In this document: in pieces, positions 1 to 7,038 of the stretch
How the letters are laid out: every line of letters begins with the position of its first letter
Position numbering within the stretch: the stretch's first letter is position 1
Assembly (NCBI GenBank): GCA_964586355.1
Contig: CAZPGO010000032.1
Span: 1 to 32,000, forward strand
Length of the DNA stretch: 32,000 bases
Direction of reading: 5' to 3'
From: an uncultured archaeon
GTDB lineage: Archaea > Iainarchaeota > Iainarchaeia > Iainarchaeales > CSSED10-239
The notes under the pieces: generated by a model
What the model saw: the letters and a program-made list of their open reading frames with translations, nothing else
The model's database searches: none
What the model was told of the DNA's origin: nothing
Position numbers and translations under genes: made by a program

Positions 1-10
1 GGTTTTTAAG

Positions 11-859
11 ATGAAAATTGCAATAACTAGTAAAAACAATAATTCCGATTCAGAGATTGATCCTGCTTTTGGAAGATGTAAATATTTTTTAATATTTGAG
101 GTTGAAGATAATAAGATTTTAGACACAAAAGTAATAGTAAACACAAGCACAGAAGAAGCACATGGTGCTGGAATTAGAGCTGCAGAAAATTTAGGTAATC
201 TAAAAGTTGATGTTTTAATTACTGGGCAAGTAGGACCTAATGCTGATGCTGTATTAAAAAAATTAAATGTTGATGTTTTGTTTAGATCTGGGATTGTAAA
301 AGAAGCATTAGCTGAATTTTTAGATAAATCTTTTACTACCAAAGAAGATCTAAAAGTCAAAGAAGATTCTAAAGCTAAAGAAGATCTAAAAGTCAAAGAA
401 GATTCTAAAGCTAAAGAAGATCTAAAAGTCAAAGAAGATCTAAAAGTCAAAGAAGATCTAAAAGTCAAAGAAGATCTAAAATTCAAAGAAGATCTAAATG
501 CTAAAGAAGAGAAACCAAACAAGATATTTTTTCCTCTATTAAACAATAACGGTTTATCTTCAGAAATTAGTTTGCATTTTGGGCATGCTCCTTTTTTTGG
601 GATTTATAATTTTAATACCAAAGATTTAGAAATGGTTAAAAACACTTTAGATCATACCAGTACAGAAAAAAGTCCAATATCTCAAATCTGTGAATTATTT
701 AAGGTAAATATGATCTTTGCAAAAGATATTGGGGGTAGAGCAATACAAGAAGCTCAAAATAATGGAGTCTCTTTAAAGACTGGCGATTTTAATACAATTA
801 AAGAAGTTATAGAAAATCTAGATAAGATAGAAAAATTAAATGAAAGTTGTGGGCATTAA
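11..859 (+). CDS. Two-domain NifX/NifB-C-terminal-like protein (dinitrogenase FeMo-cofactor-binding fold family); the domains are joined by a KEDLKV/KEDSKA repeat linker
   Basis: 282-aa ORF. Residues ~1-105 (MKIAITS..DPAFGRCKYFLIF..HGAGIRAAENL..VLITGQVGPNA) and ~172-275 (KIFFPL..HFGHAPFFGIY..MIFAKDIGGRAIQEA) each fit the small NifX/NafY-like domain pattern as I recall it. The middle is a charged repeat. Confidence 0.7.
   Translation: MKIAITSKNNNSDSEIDPAFGRCKYFLIFEVEDNKILDTKVIVNTSTEEAHGAGIRAAENLGNLKVDVLITGQVGPNADAVLKKLNVDVLFRSGIVKEALAEFLDKSFTTKEDLKVKEDSKAKEDLKVKEDSKAKEDLKVKEDLKVKEDLKVKEDLKFKEDLNAKEEKPNKIFFPLLNNNGLSSEISLHFGHAPFFGIYNFNTKDLEMVKNTLDHTSTEKSPISQICELFKVNMIFAKDIGGRAIQEAQNNGVSLKTGDFNTIKEVIENLDKIEKLNESCGH
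341..502 (+). repeat. In-frame 18-nt tandem repeat, 9 units (aaagaagatctaaaagtc / aaagaagattctaaagct variants), encoding (KEDLKV/KEDSKA)n
   Basis: Counted directly. Units start at 341, 359, 377, 395, 413, 431, 449, 467 and 485. Units 413-466 are identical copies; the others differ by 1-4 nt. Confidence 0.95.
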
Positions 860-861
860 AT

Positions 862-1704
862 ATGATTATTGCAATAACTGGTGGAAAAGGTGGTACTGGA
901 AAATCAACTGTTGCAACATCATTAGCTTACAAGCTATCAAAAACAAGTAAAGTTTTGTTGATTGATGCTGATGTTGATTGTCCAAATGATCATTTGTTAT
1001 TAGATATAAAGAGAGAACACTTAAAAAAAATAGAACAAAGAATACCAAAATTTGATTATAGCAAATGTAAAAAATGTGGGGCTTGTGCAAGTGTTTGTAA
1101 AAGTAATGCTATTGTTTCTGTTAAAGATCAATATCCCATATTCCTAGAAAATCAATGTAATGGTTGTGGTGCTTGCAAAATTGTTTGTAAGTTTGGGGCT
1201 ATTTCTTGGACTTTTAAGGAAGTTGGAAATATATATAGAGGTAAAAAAGATAATTTAGATTTATTATCTGGAGAATTAAAAACTAATCAACCGGTTTCTG
1301 AGTTTGTTGTAAATCATTTGAATAAGGAATTATTAAATATTAAAGACAGATATGACTATGTTATAATAGATACGGCCGCAGGAACACATTGTCCAGTTAT
1401 TGCAGCACTAGAAAATGCAGAAAAAGTAATTGCTGTAACTGAACCTACTCCGTTGGGCTCTCATGATCTTAATGTTATTTTAGGTTTATTAAAGAAAATG
1501 AATAAAGAGGGTTATGTTATTATTAACAGAGCAGATATTGGCAACAAAGATCAGATTATTTCTTTAGCAAAAGAGTATGATAGAAAGGTAATCTTAGAGA
1601 TCAAATTTTCTAAAGAGGTTATTGATTCTTATACAAATGGGAAACCAATAATCATACCAAATATAGAGAGTATATTTAATTTATTAAAAAGAGAGAGCAT
1701 ATGA
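862..1704 (+). CDS. MinD/ParA-type P-loop ATPase with an inserted 2x[4Fe-4S] ferredoxin domain
   Basis: Deviant Walker A GGKGGTGKST. Two CxxCxxCxxxC motifs (CKKCGACASVC, CNGCGACKIVC). DTAAGTHCPV Walker B-like region. The ORF track starts at TTG 847; I prefer ATG 862 (MIIAITGG), 2 nt after the upstream stop. Confidence 0.8.
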   Translation: MIIAITGGKGGTGKSTVATSLAYKLSKTSKVLLIDADVDCPNDHLLLDIKREHLKKIEQRIPKFDYSKCKKCGACASVCKSNAIVSVKDQYPIFLENQCNGCGACKIVCKFGAISWTFKEVGNIYRGKKDNLDLLSGELKTNQPVSEFVVNHLNKELLNIKDRYDYVIIDTAAGTHCPVIAALENAEKVIAVTEPTPLGSHDLNVILGLLKKMNKEGYVIINRADIGNKDQIISLAKEYDRKVILEIKFSKEVIDSYTNGKPIIIPNIESIFNLLKRESI

Positions 1705-2582
1705 AATCATTAGTAATATTATCTGGAAAAGGTGGGGTTGGTAAAAGTAGTATTGTAGCTTCACTAGCTTTAATAATCTCAAAATACAAAAAAGTTGTTT
1801 GTGCTGATTGTGATGTAGATGGTTCAAATTTATCTATTTTGTTTTCAAAGTCTATTGAAGCTTATGAAGAGTGGGAGAATTTATCTACAAATGAGATTGC
1901 TGTAATTGATCAAGAGAAATGTAGTGGTTGTGGTAAGTGTGTGGATAATTGTTATTTTAATGCTTTGGAGTTTAAAAATAATAAATTAAATGTAAAAGAT
2001 TTTAGTTGTGAGGGGTGTGGGGTTTGTAAGTTGGTGTGTCCAAATAATGCTATTACTCTTGAACCTATTGATAATGCGAAAATTGGATTTGCAAATACAA
2101 AATATAATTTTAAAATAGCTTCTGCGCAACTATTTCCTGGCAGTTCTGGTTCTGGTAAAGTTGTCTTTGAAGTAAAAAACAAAGCCAAAAAAATAGAACC
2201 TAGTGCAGATCTAATGATTATTGATTCTGCTGCAGGGATTGGTTGTCCTGTTATTGCGTCTGTTACTGGTAATGATTATGCTTTAATTGTTACAGAACCA
2301 ACTGCTCCTGGGTATGAAGATATGTTGAGAGCTATAGATATAATTAAACAATTTAATATTAATTATTCAATTATTATAAATAAATTTGATATTAATGAGA
2401 AATATTGTAAATTAATTGAAGATTTTGCAAAAAAGAACGATATTACCATAATTGAAAAAATTGCTTTTGATAAGTCTTTTGTTTACGCCATGGTTGATCA
2501 AACACCACTTGTTGAATATAATGACAAATATTTGCCAATTTTTGAAGATGTTGCAAAACAATTAATTTCAAAAATATTTTAA
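1701..2582 (+). CDS. Second MinD/ParA-type P-loop ATPase with a 2x[4Fe-4S] ferredoxin domain (paralogue of the upstream gene)
   Basis: GKGGVGKSS Walker A. CSGCGKCVDNC and CEGCGVCKLVCP clusters. DSAAGIGCPV. ATGA start/stop overlap with the upstream gene at 1701-1704. Confidence 0.8.
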   Translation: MKSLVILSGKGGVGKSSIVASLALIISKYKKVVCADCDVDGSNLSILFSKSIEAYEEWENLSTNEIAVIDQEKCSGCGKCVDNCYFNALEFKNNKLNVKDFSCEGCGVCKLVCPNNAITLEPIDNAKIGFANTKYNFKIASAQLFPGSSGSGKVVFEVKNKAKKIEPSADLMIIDSAAGIGCPVIASVTGNDYALIVTEPTAPGYEDMLRAIDIIKQFNINYSIIINKFDINEKYCKLIEDFAKKNDITIIEKIAFDKSFVYAMVDQTPLVEYNDKYLPIFEDVAKQLISKIF

Positions 2583-2599
2583 TGTGATTCTTAACAAAG

Positions 2600-2675
2600 G
2601 GTTTCTTTTTTTTGTAACCAATTTATTTGTAACCAATTTATATTTGTTATTTTGAAGGTTTCTTTTTTTTGTAAC
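2600..2675 (+). repeat. Intergenic nested direct repeats containing 8-T runs (probable archaeal-type terminator region)
   Basis: The identical 19-mer ggtttcttttttttgtaac occurs at 2600-2618 and 2657-2675. Tandem tgtaaccaatttat occurs at 2613-2626 and 2628-2641. The region lies just downstream of the stop at 2582. Confidence 0.5.
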
Positions 2676-2748
2676 TCTGTTTTTGTGTTTGTAGTTATTT
2701 TTATAAACATTTCTTTACATATTTATATTATTCTATAGAGAGATATTT

Positions 2749-3219
2749 ATGAAAAATAAATTATATTTAGGGTCCTGTGTAGGCTCATTAGTGGGTCTAA
2801 TTTTCTTAATTAATTTGATTTTATTTAATAAGATCAAGATACACAACTGTAGTTGTAATAATGTGATTTCTTACAATTATTTTTTTATGTTTCTATTTTT
2901 ATCTATTGTTTTTTTAGTGTCTTTATTTTATTATCTGTTTAGCCTAAAGCTTACCAAAAAAGAAGATATTATAAAAAGCAATTTTAATTTACTTTATTCT
3001 ATTTTAGATAATGATGAAAAAAAACTTTTTGATCTCATACAATCCAAAGGAGGAAAAATCCCACAATTAGAGATCTCTAGAAAATTTGGCAAGATAAAAG
3101 GATATAGATTAATAGAAAAATTAATTTCTAAGAAAATAGTTACTAAAAAAAGAAATGGAATAAATAACACAATACTAATAAATAAAAATTTATTATATTC
3201 TCTAAACTATAAAAAATGA
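2749..3219 (+). CDS. Membrane-tethered winged-helix (MarR/TrmB-like) transcriptional regulator
   Basis: Two N-terminal hydrophobic helices (LGSCVGSLVGLIFLINLILF; FFMFLFLSIVFLVSLFYYLF) flank a short HNCSCNN loop. The C-terminal part (LFDLIQSKGGKIPQLEISRKFGKIKGYRLIEKLISKKIVTKKR) looks like a wHTH. Confidence 0.55.
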   Translation: MKNKLYLGSCVGSLVGLIFLINLILFNKIKIHNCSCNNVISYNYFFMFLFLSIVFLVSLFYYLFSLKLTKKEDIIKSNFNLLYSILDNDEKKLFDLIQSKGGKIPQLEISRKFGKIKGYRLIEKLISKKIVTKKRNGINNTILINKNLLYSLNYKK

Positions 3220-3225
3220 TCAATT

Positions 3226-4533
3226 ATGGATAAAATAAACAAAAATATTTTTTGGGTTTTAATTATTTTGATAATAACAAGTGGAGTTTTTTCTAATTTT
3301 CTATTTGCAGAAGACACAAACAAGGTTGATGTTTTCTTGTTTATTGGAGAAACCTGTCCACATTGTGCACAATTAGAAGACTATTTAGGCACTATAGCAG
3401 AGAAATATGATTTAAATCTAAATATCTATGGTGTATACTATAGTGAAGAAAATCAAAAACTTTTTGAAGAAATGGCTTTAGAGTATGGAATATCAATAGA
3501 AAGTGTGCCTACTATGTTTATTGGCAAGCATCATTTTATAGGTTATACTCCTTATATGAATGATGATATTATTTCAGCAATAAACGAGGTTAAGCAAAAT
3601 AACCCAAATCAGGAATCTCCTATTGATTCTCCTAAAGAAGATCTAGAAAACACAGATAAAGAAAATATCTCTAAAATTTCAACAACTGCTGTAAATCTTC
3701 CTGTGCTTGGAAATATTGATCTTTCGTCAGTATCTTTACCTTTATTAACCATTATCTTAGGTTTTTTAGATGGTTTTAATCCTTGTGCTTTTTTTGTGTT
3801 GTTGTTTTTATTATCTATGTTAGTTTATGCAAAAAATAAAAAAAGAATGTTAATTATTGGTCTGACCTTTGTTTTCTTCTCGGGTTTAATATATTTCTTA
3901 TTTATGTCTGCTTGGTTAAACTTTTTTATGGTAACTAAAAGTATAACTTTAATTACAACTATTGCTGGTTTAGTTGCATTAATAATTGGAATAATAAACA
4001 TAAAAGATTTTTTTGCTTTTAAAAAAGGAATTTCCTTATCGGTATCAGATAAACACAGAAATAATTTACTAGAAAGAATGAGAGGGCTTTTAAAAGCAGA
4101 GTCTTTACCTTCAATGTTGTTTGGAGCTGTTACTTTGGCTATTGCTGCAAACATGTATGAGTTGTTATGTACTGCTGGTTTTCCTATGGTTTTTACAAAG
4201 ATCTTAGTTTTAAATGAGCTTAATAAATTAAGCTATTATTTGTATTTGTTATTTTATAATATAGTTTATATTCTACCATTACTTACAATAGTGCTAATAT
4301 TTACATTTACCTTTGGTGCCAAAAAATTAACACAATCACAAGGAGAAGCACTAAAACTTATGTCAGGGATGATGATGTTTTCTTTAGGTGCTTTGTTAGT
4401 TTTTGCTCCTGGTTTATTAAACAATGTCCTTGCAGCAATTGGAACTATTGTTGTTGCACTCTGTTTGACTGGAATTATTTTATTATTAAAAAAAATCTCT
4501 AAAGAAAAAGAGGTGAAATCAGATGAAGTATAA
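3226..4533 (+). CDS. Signal-anchored thioredoxin/glutaredoxin-like domain (CPHC) fused to a DsbD/CcdA-type multi-pass thiol-disulfide membrane domain
   Basis: N-terminal hydrophobic anchor, then FIGETCPHCAQLEDYL. The polytopic part carries GFNPCAFFVL and a second membrane Cys (YELLCTAGFP), resembling the two-Cys DsbD/CcdA transmembrane family. Confidence 0.7.
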   Translation: MDKINKNIFWVLIILIITSGVFSNFLFAEDTNKVDVFLFIGETCPHCAQLEDYLGTIAEKYDLNLNIYGVYYSEENQKLFEEMALEYGISIESVPTMFIGKHHFIGYTPYMNDDIISAINEVKQNNPNQESPIDSPKEDLENTDKENISKISTTAVNLPVLGNIDLSSVSLPLLTIILGFLDGFNPCAFFVLLFLLSMLVYAKNKKRMLIIGLTFVFFSGLIYFLFMSAWLNFFMVTKSITLITTIAGLVALIIGIINIKDFFAFKKGISLSVSDKHRNNLLERMRGLLKAESLPSMLFGAVTLAIAANMYELLCTAGFPMVFTKILVLNELNKLSYYLYLLFYNIVYILPLLTIVLIFTFTFGAKKLTQSQGEALKLMSGMMMFSLGALLVFAPGLLNNVLAAIGTIVVALCLTGIILLLKKISKEKEVKSDEV

Positions 4534-4933
4534 AGAATACGATTTGCCAGATGATCTTTTATATAACAAAGACTCTAGTTGGATAAAGGTAAAAGATAAT
4601 ATTGCAACTATTGGAATTATTGAGCCAATAGCAAAAATACTAAAAGAATTTGTTTTTATGAAATTACCAGAAATAAAAAAAATAAACAAAGGAGAAATAT
4701 ATGTTTCTTTAGAAACCTTAAAGTGGTCAGGTCATTTAACAGCCCCAGTTTCTGGAGAAGTTATTGAGGTTAATGAAGGTTTGTTTGATGATCCTAGTAT
4801 TATAAATAAAGACCCATATAATTCTTGGATAGTTAAAATAAAAATAGATAATATTAAGGATATAGATTCTTTATTTAAAGCAAAAGATGTTGTTGATTGG
4901 TTAGATAAAACAATAAAAGGTGGAAAAATATGA
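4523..4933 (+). CDS. gcvH: Glycine-cleavage H-type lipoyl carrier protein
   Basis: 136 aa. ATIGIIEPIAK..FVFMKLPE..LETLKWSGHLTAPVSGEVIEVNEGL..DPSIINKDPYNSWIVKIK matches the GcvH pattern. The lipoyl-Lys position is kept in ETLKW. Overlaps the upstream stop by 11 nt. Confidence 0.85.
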   Translation: MKYKEYDLPDDLLYNKDSSWIKVKDNIATIGIIEPIAKILKEFVFMKLPEIKKINKGEIYVSLETLKWSGHLTAPVSGEVIEVNEGLFDDPSIINKDPYNSWIVKIKIDNIKDIDSLFKAKDVVDWLDKTIKGGKI

Positions 4934-5259
4934 GTAATACAGAAGAATTAAAAAAAATAGATGATCTCTTTATTTATTTAAAAAAAAACTCTCCAGAAAA
5001 GTATTCTGCATTTGGTAATATGATGCAAGAAATAGAGAAAGATGGATTAGTCTCTTCAAAAATAAAAGAAGCTGTTGCCTTAGGTATTGCTATTAAGTCT
5101 CAGTGTAAAGGATGTATAGCATTTCACACAAAAAAAGCTTTAGAAAAAGGATTTAGTAAAGAAGAGATTTTAGAGATTGCTTGGGTTGCTGTTCTTATGG
5201 GTGGTGGTCCTTCTTTGATATATTTGTCTTATGTTAAAGAGGCCTTAGAAGATGAATGA
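4930..5259 (+). CDS. Carboxymuconolactone decarboxylase (CMD)/AhpD-like CxxC protein
   Basis: 109 aa with the CKGCIAFH (CxxCxxxH) motif typical of AhpD-like alkylhydroperoxidase-core proteins. ATGA overlap with gcvH. Confidence 0.7.
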   Translation: MSNTEELKKIDDLFIYLKKNSPEKYSAFGNMMQEIEKDGLVSSKIKEAVALGIAIKSQCKGCIAFHTKKALEKGFSKEEILEIAWVAVLMGGGPSLIYLSYVKEALEDE

Positions 5260-6025
5260 ATCCAAAAACACTTGGAGATTATTAGGTTTAGAAAAGACAG
5301 AAGACTCTTTTATGAAAATGGCAACAGAAGAAGCCATAATGAATGCTGTTAGAAAAAAAGAGGTTTTGCCAACCTTAAGATTTTATTCATGGAATAGACC
5401 TGCAGTTACTGTGGGCTATTTTCAAGAAGCAAAGAAAGAACTTAATTTAGAGGACTGTGAAAAAGACAATATAGAGATCTTTAGAAGACTTACTGGTGGG
5501 GGTGCTGTTTATAAATCTCCAGAATATGAAATAAATTATAGTCTAATCATAAGAGAGGATGAAGAGATTATCCCTAAAGATGTAGAAAAATCTTATTCTT
5601 TAATCTGTGATGCTATTATTGAGGGTTTTAAAAATTTGAATTTAGATCTTAAATTTAAACCAATAAATGATATTACTCTTAATGGTAAAAAAGTTTCAGG
5701 AAATGCACAAACAAGAGTAAATAATGTTATTCTTCATCATGGCACTATTCTTTTAAAACCAGAAGTGGAAAAAATGTTTAAGTATCTAAAAATAGATGAT
5801 AAGAAACTTTTAGAAAAAAAAGTAAGTTCTGCAAAAGATTTAGTTACTGGTGTTTTAGAGTATAGATCTGTTTCTAAAGAAGAGATTATGTTATCAATAG
5901 TTAAAGGTTTTATGAAAACTTTTGAAGTTAATTTTGTTGAGTCTAATCTAACTAATTTAGAAAAAGAAGATGCTAATAAATTATATTCTAAATACTCTGA
6001 TTCTGATTTTGTTTTTTGGAGATAA
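5252..6025 (+). CDS. lplA: Lipoate-protein ligase A, catalytic domain only
   Basis: RFYSWNRPAVTVGYFQ, RRLTGGGAVY and GKKVSGNAQ motifs of the biotin/lipoate A/B ligase family. 8-nt overlap with the upstream gene. Confidence 0.85.
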   Translation: MNESKNTWRLLGLEKTEDSFMKMATEEAIMNAVRKKEVLPTLRFYSWNRPAVTVGYFQEAKKELNLEDCEKDNIEIFRRLTGGGAVYKSPEYEINYSLIIREDEEIIPKDVEKSYSLICDAIIEGFKNLNLDLKFKPINDITLNGKKVSGNAQTRVNNVILHHGTILLKPEVEKMFKYLKIDDKKLLEKKVSSAKDLVTGVLEYRSVSKEEIMLSIVKGFMKTFEVNFVESNLTNLEKEDANKLYSKYSDSDFVFWR

Positions 6026-6105
6026 AAGGTTTTTTTAATAAGAAAGTTAGTAAAAAAAGAAAACTTTAAAAAAATATCTAAAAAATCTTTTTATTTTTTT
6101 TGTAT

Positions 6106-6150
6106 TTTAATATATATGTAGTCTTTTTTATAAAATATCAAATGAGGTGG
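6106..6150 (+). promoter_or_regulatory. TATA-like box (tttaatatatat) plus Shine-Dalgarno gaggtgg (6144-6150) upstream of hsp20
   Basis: The A/T box lies ~40-50 nt before ATG 6155. GAGGTGG lies 4 nt before the ATG. Position-based only. Confidence 0.3.
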
Positions 6151-6154
6151 TTTT

Positions 6155-6628
6155 ATGAAAAAACATACTATCTGGGACGAAATAAAAAGAATGCAAAGAA
6201 ATATGGATTCTTTGTTTAATGATTTTCTATATACAGAAAGTCCATATCTTTTAGATACCAACAACAGATCTAATGAAGTTTTAACACAAGAGAATTATAG
6301 AGAACCTATTTGTGATATAAAAGAAAATGATTCAAACTATACTTTGTCTTTAGAGATTCCTGGATCTAAAAAGGAAGACATTAAAGTAAATGTTATAGAT
6401 AACACTCTAGAAATAAAAGTAGAACACAAAAAAGAAGATAAGAAAGAGGATAAGGAAAAAGGATATTATAGCTATTCAAGTAACTATGTTGGGTATTATA
6501 GATCCTTTACTCTTCCAAAGAACACAGATTCAGAAAACATTGATGCAGAATACAAAAATGGAGTCTTGAATTTAAAGATTCCGAAAAAAGAAATAACAGG
6601 TTCTCAAAAATTAATAGAAATCAAATAG
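6155..6628 (+). CDS. hsp20: Small heat-shock protein, Hsp20/alpha-crystallin family
   Basis: Alpha-crystallin domain pattern: DIKENDSNYTLSLEIPGSKKEDIKVNV..LEIK..FTLP..D..NIDAEYKNGVLNLKIPKK. Confidence 0.9.
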   Translation: MKKHTIWDEIKRMQRNMDSLFNDFLYTESPYLLDTNNRSNEVLTQENYREPICDIKENDSNYTLSLEIPGSKKEDIKVNVIDNTLEIKVEHKKEDKKEDKEKGYYSYSSNYVGYYRSFTLPKNTDSENIDAEYKNGVLNLKIPKKEITGSQKLIEIK

Positions 6629-6766
6629 TTTTTCTTTTGTGAAAAATCTTTTTTTCCTTTTTTTTTTAATTAGTGTTTTAGCTTTTTTTAAAAACAAAAT
6701 ACTTATAAATTGTTTAAGAGCTTATTATTATATACAATTTATAACAAAAAAGGGGGTTGTTAGAAA

Positions 6767-6943
6767 ATGTTACAATTAATTTTAGGAATTTTAGGTTTAG
6801 TTGCAGCAATATGGGTAATATATGATGTTTTTACCAACAATAAAAAAATAAAAAAGGAACTAAAACTAGTTTGGACTATTTGTGCAATATTGTTTAGTAT
6901 TGTTACTGCTATTGTTTATTTTTTTATGTACAAATACAAATAG
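6767..6943 (+). CDS. Small two-TM membrane protein, PLDc_N-like (cardiolipin synthase N-terminal domain family)
   Basis: Absent from the ORF track because it is short. ATG 6767, TAG 6941-6943, 58 aa: MLQLILGILGLVAAIWVIYDVFTNNKKIKKELKLVWTICAILFSIVTAIVYFFMYKYK. Preceded by aggggg at 6751-6756. The IW..YDV...K..W....YFF pattern resembles PLDc_N small proteins. Confidence 0.55.
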   Translation: MLQLILGILGLVAAIWVIYDVFTNNKKIKKELKLVWTICAILFSIVTAIVYFFMYKYK

Positions 6944-6960
6944 TTTAGTTTTTGTAATTT

Positions 6961-6988
6961 GCCAAAGATAAATTTTGGCTTTTTTTTC
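6961..6988 (+). terminator. Hairpin followed by a T-run
   Basis: gccaaa (6961-6966) pairs with tttggc (6974-6979), followed by tttttttt. Lies 18 nt after the small ORF stop. Confidence 0.45.
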
Positions 6989-7038
6989 TGTTTTTAATAT
7001 GAAAAACATATAAAAACACTACTTATTAATATATTATT

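Noticed and set aside
341-502. Possible CRISPR array or minisatellite outside genes
   Set aside because: The units are directly adjacent with no spacers, in frame, and inside a continuous ORF. This is a coding tandem repeat, not a CRISPR array.
847-861. TTG start at 847 for the first MinD-like gene
   Set aside because: It would overlap the upstream stop and add MWALN before the conserved MIIAITGGKGG N-terminus. ATG 862 fits the family better.
866-1090. Antisense or overlapping short ORFs from the track: 866-1090(-), 1952-2188(-), 3825-4154(-), 7281-7469(-), 9188-9415(+), 14154-14336(+), 14596-14793(+), 16687-16914(-), 18303-18557(-), 20649-20915(-), 21312-21512(-), 23212-23445(-), 24860-25111(+), 26258-26443(+), 27027-27320(+), 27330-27743(+), 28803-29036(-)
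   Set aside because: Each lies wholly inside a longer opposite-strand gene with clear family motifs. Their translations are low-complexity F/L/I/S-rich strings, as expected by chance in AT-rich DNA where antisense stop codons are depleted.
6043-6067. Inverted repeat AAAGTT-N13-AACTTT upstream of hsp20 as a heat-shock operator
   Set aside because: Only 6-bp arms in very AT-rich DNA, so a chance occurrence is plausible and I cannot match it confidently to a known archaeal heat-shock regulator site.
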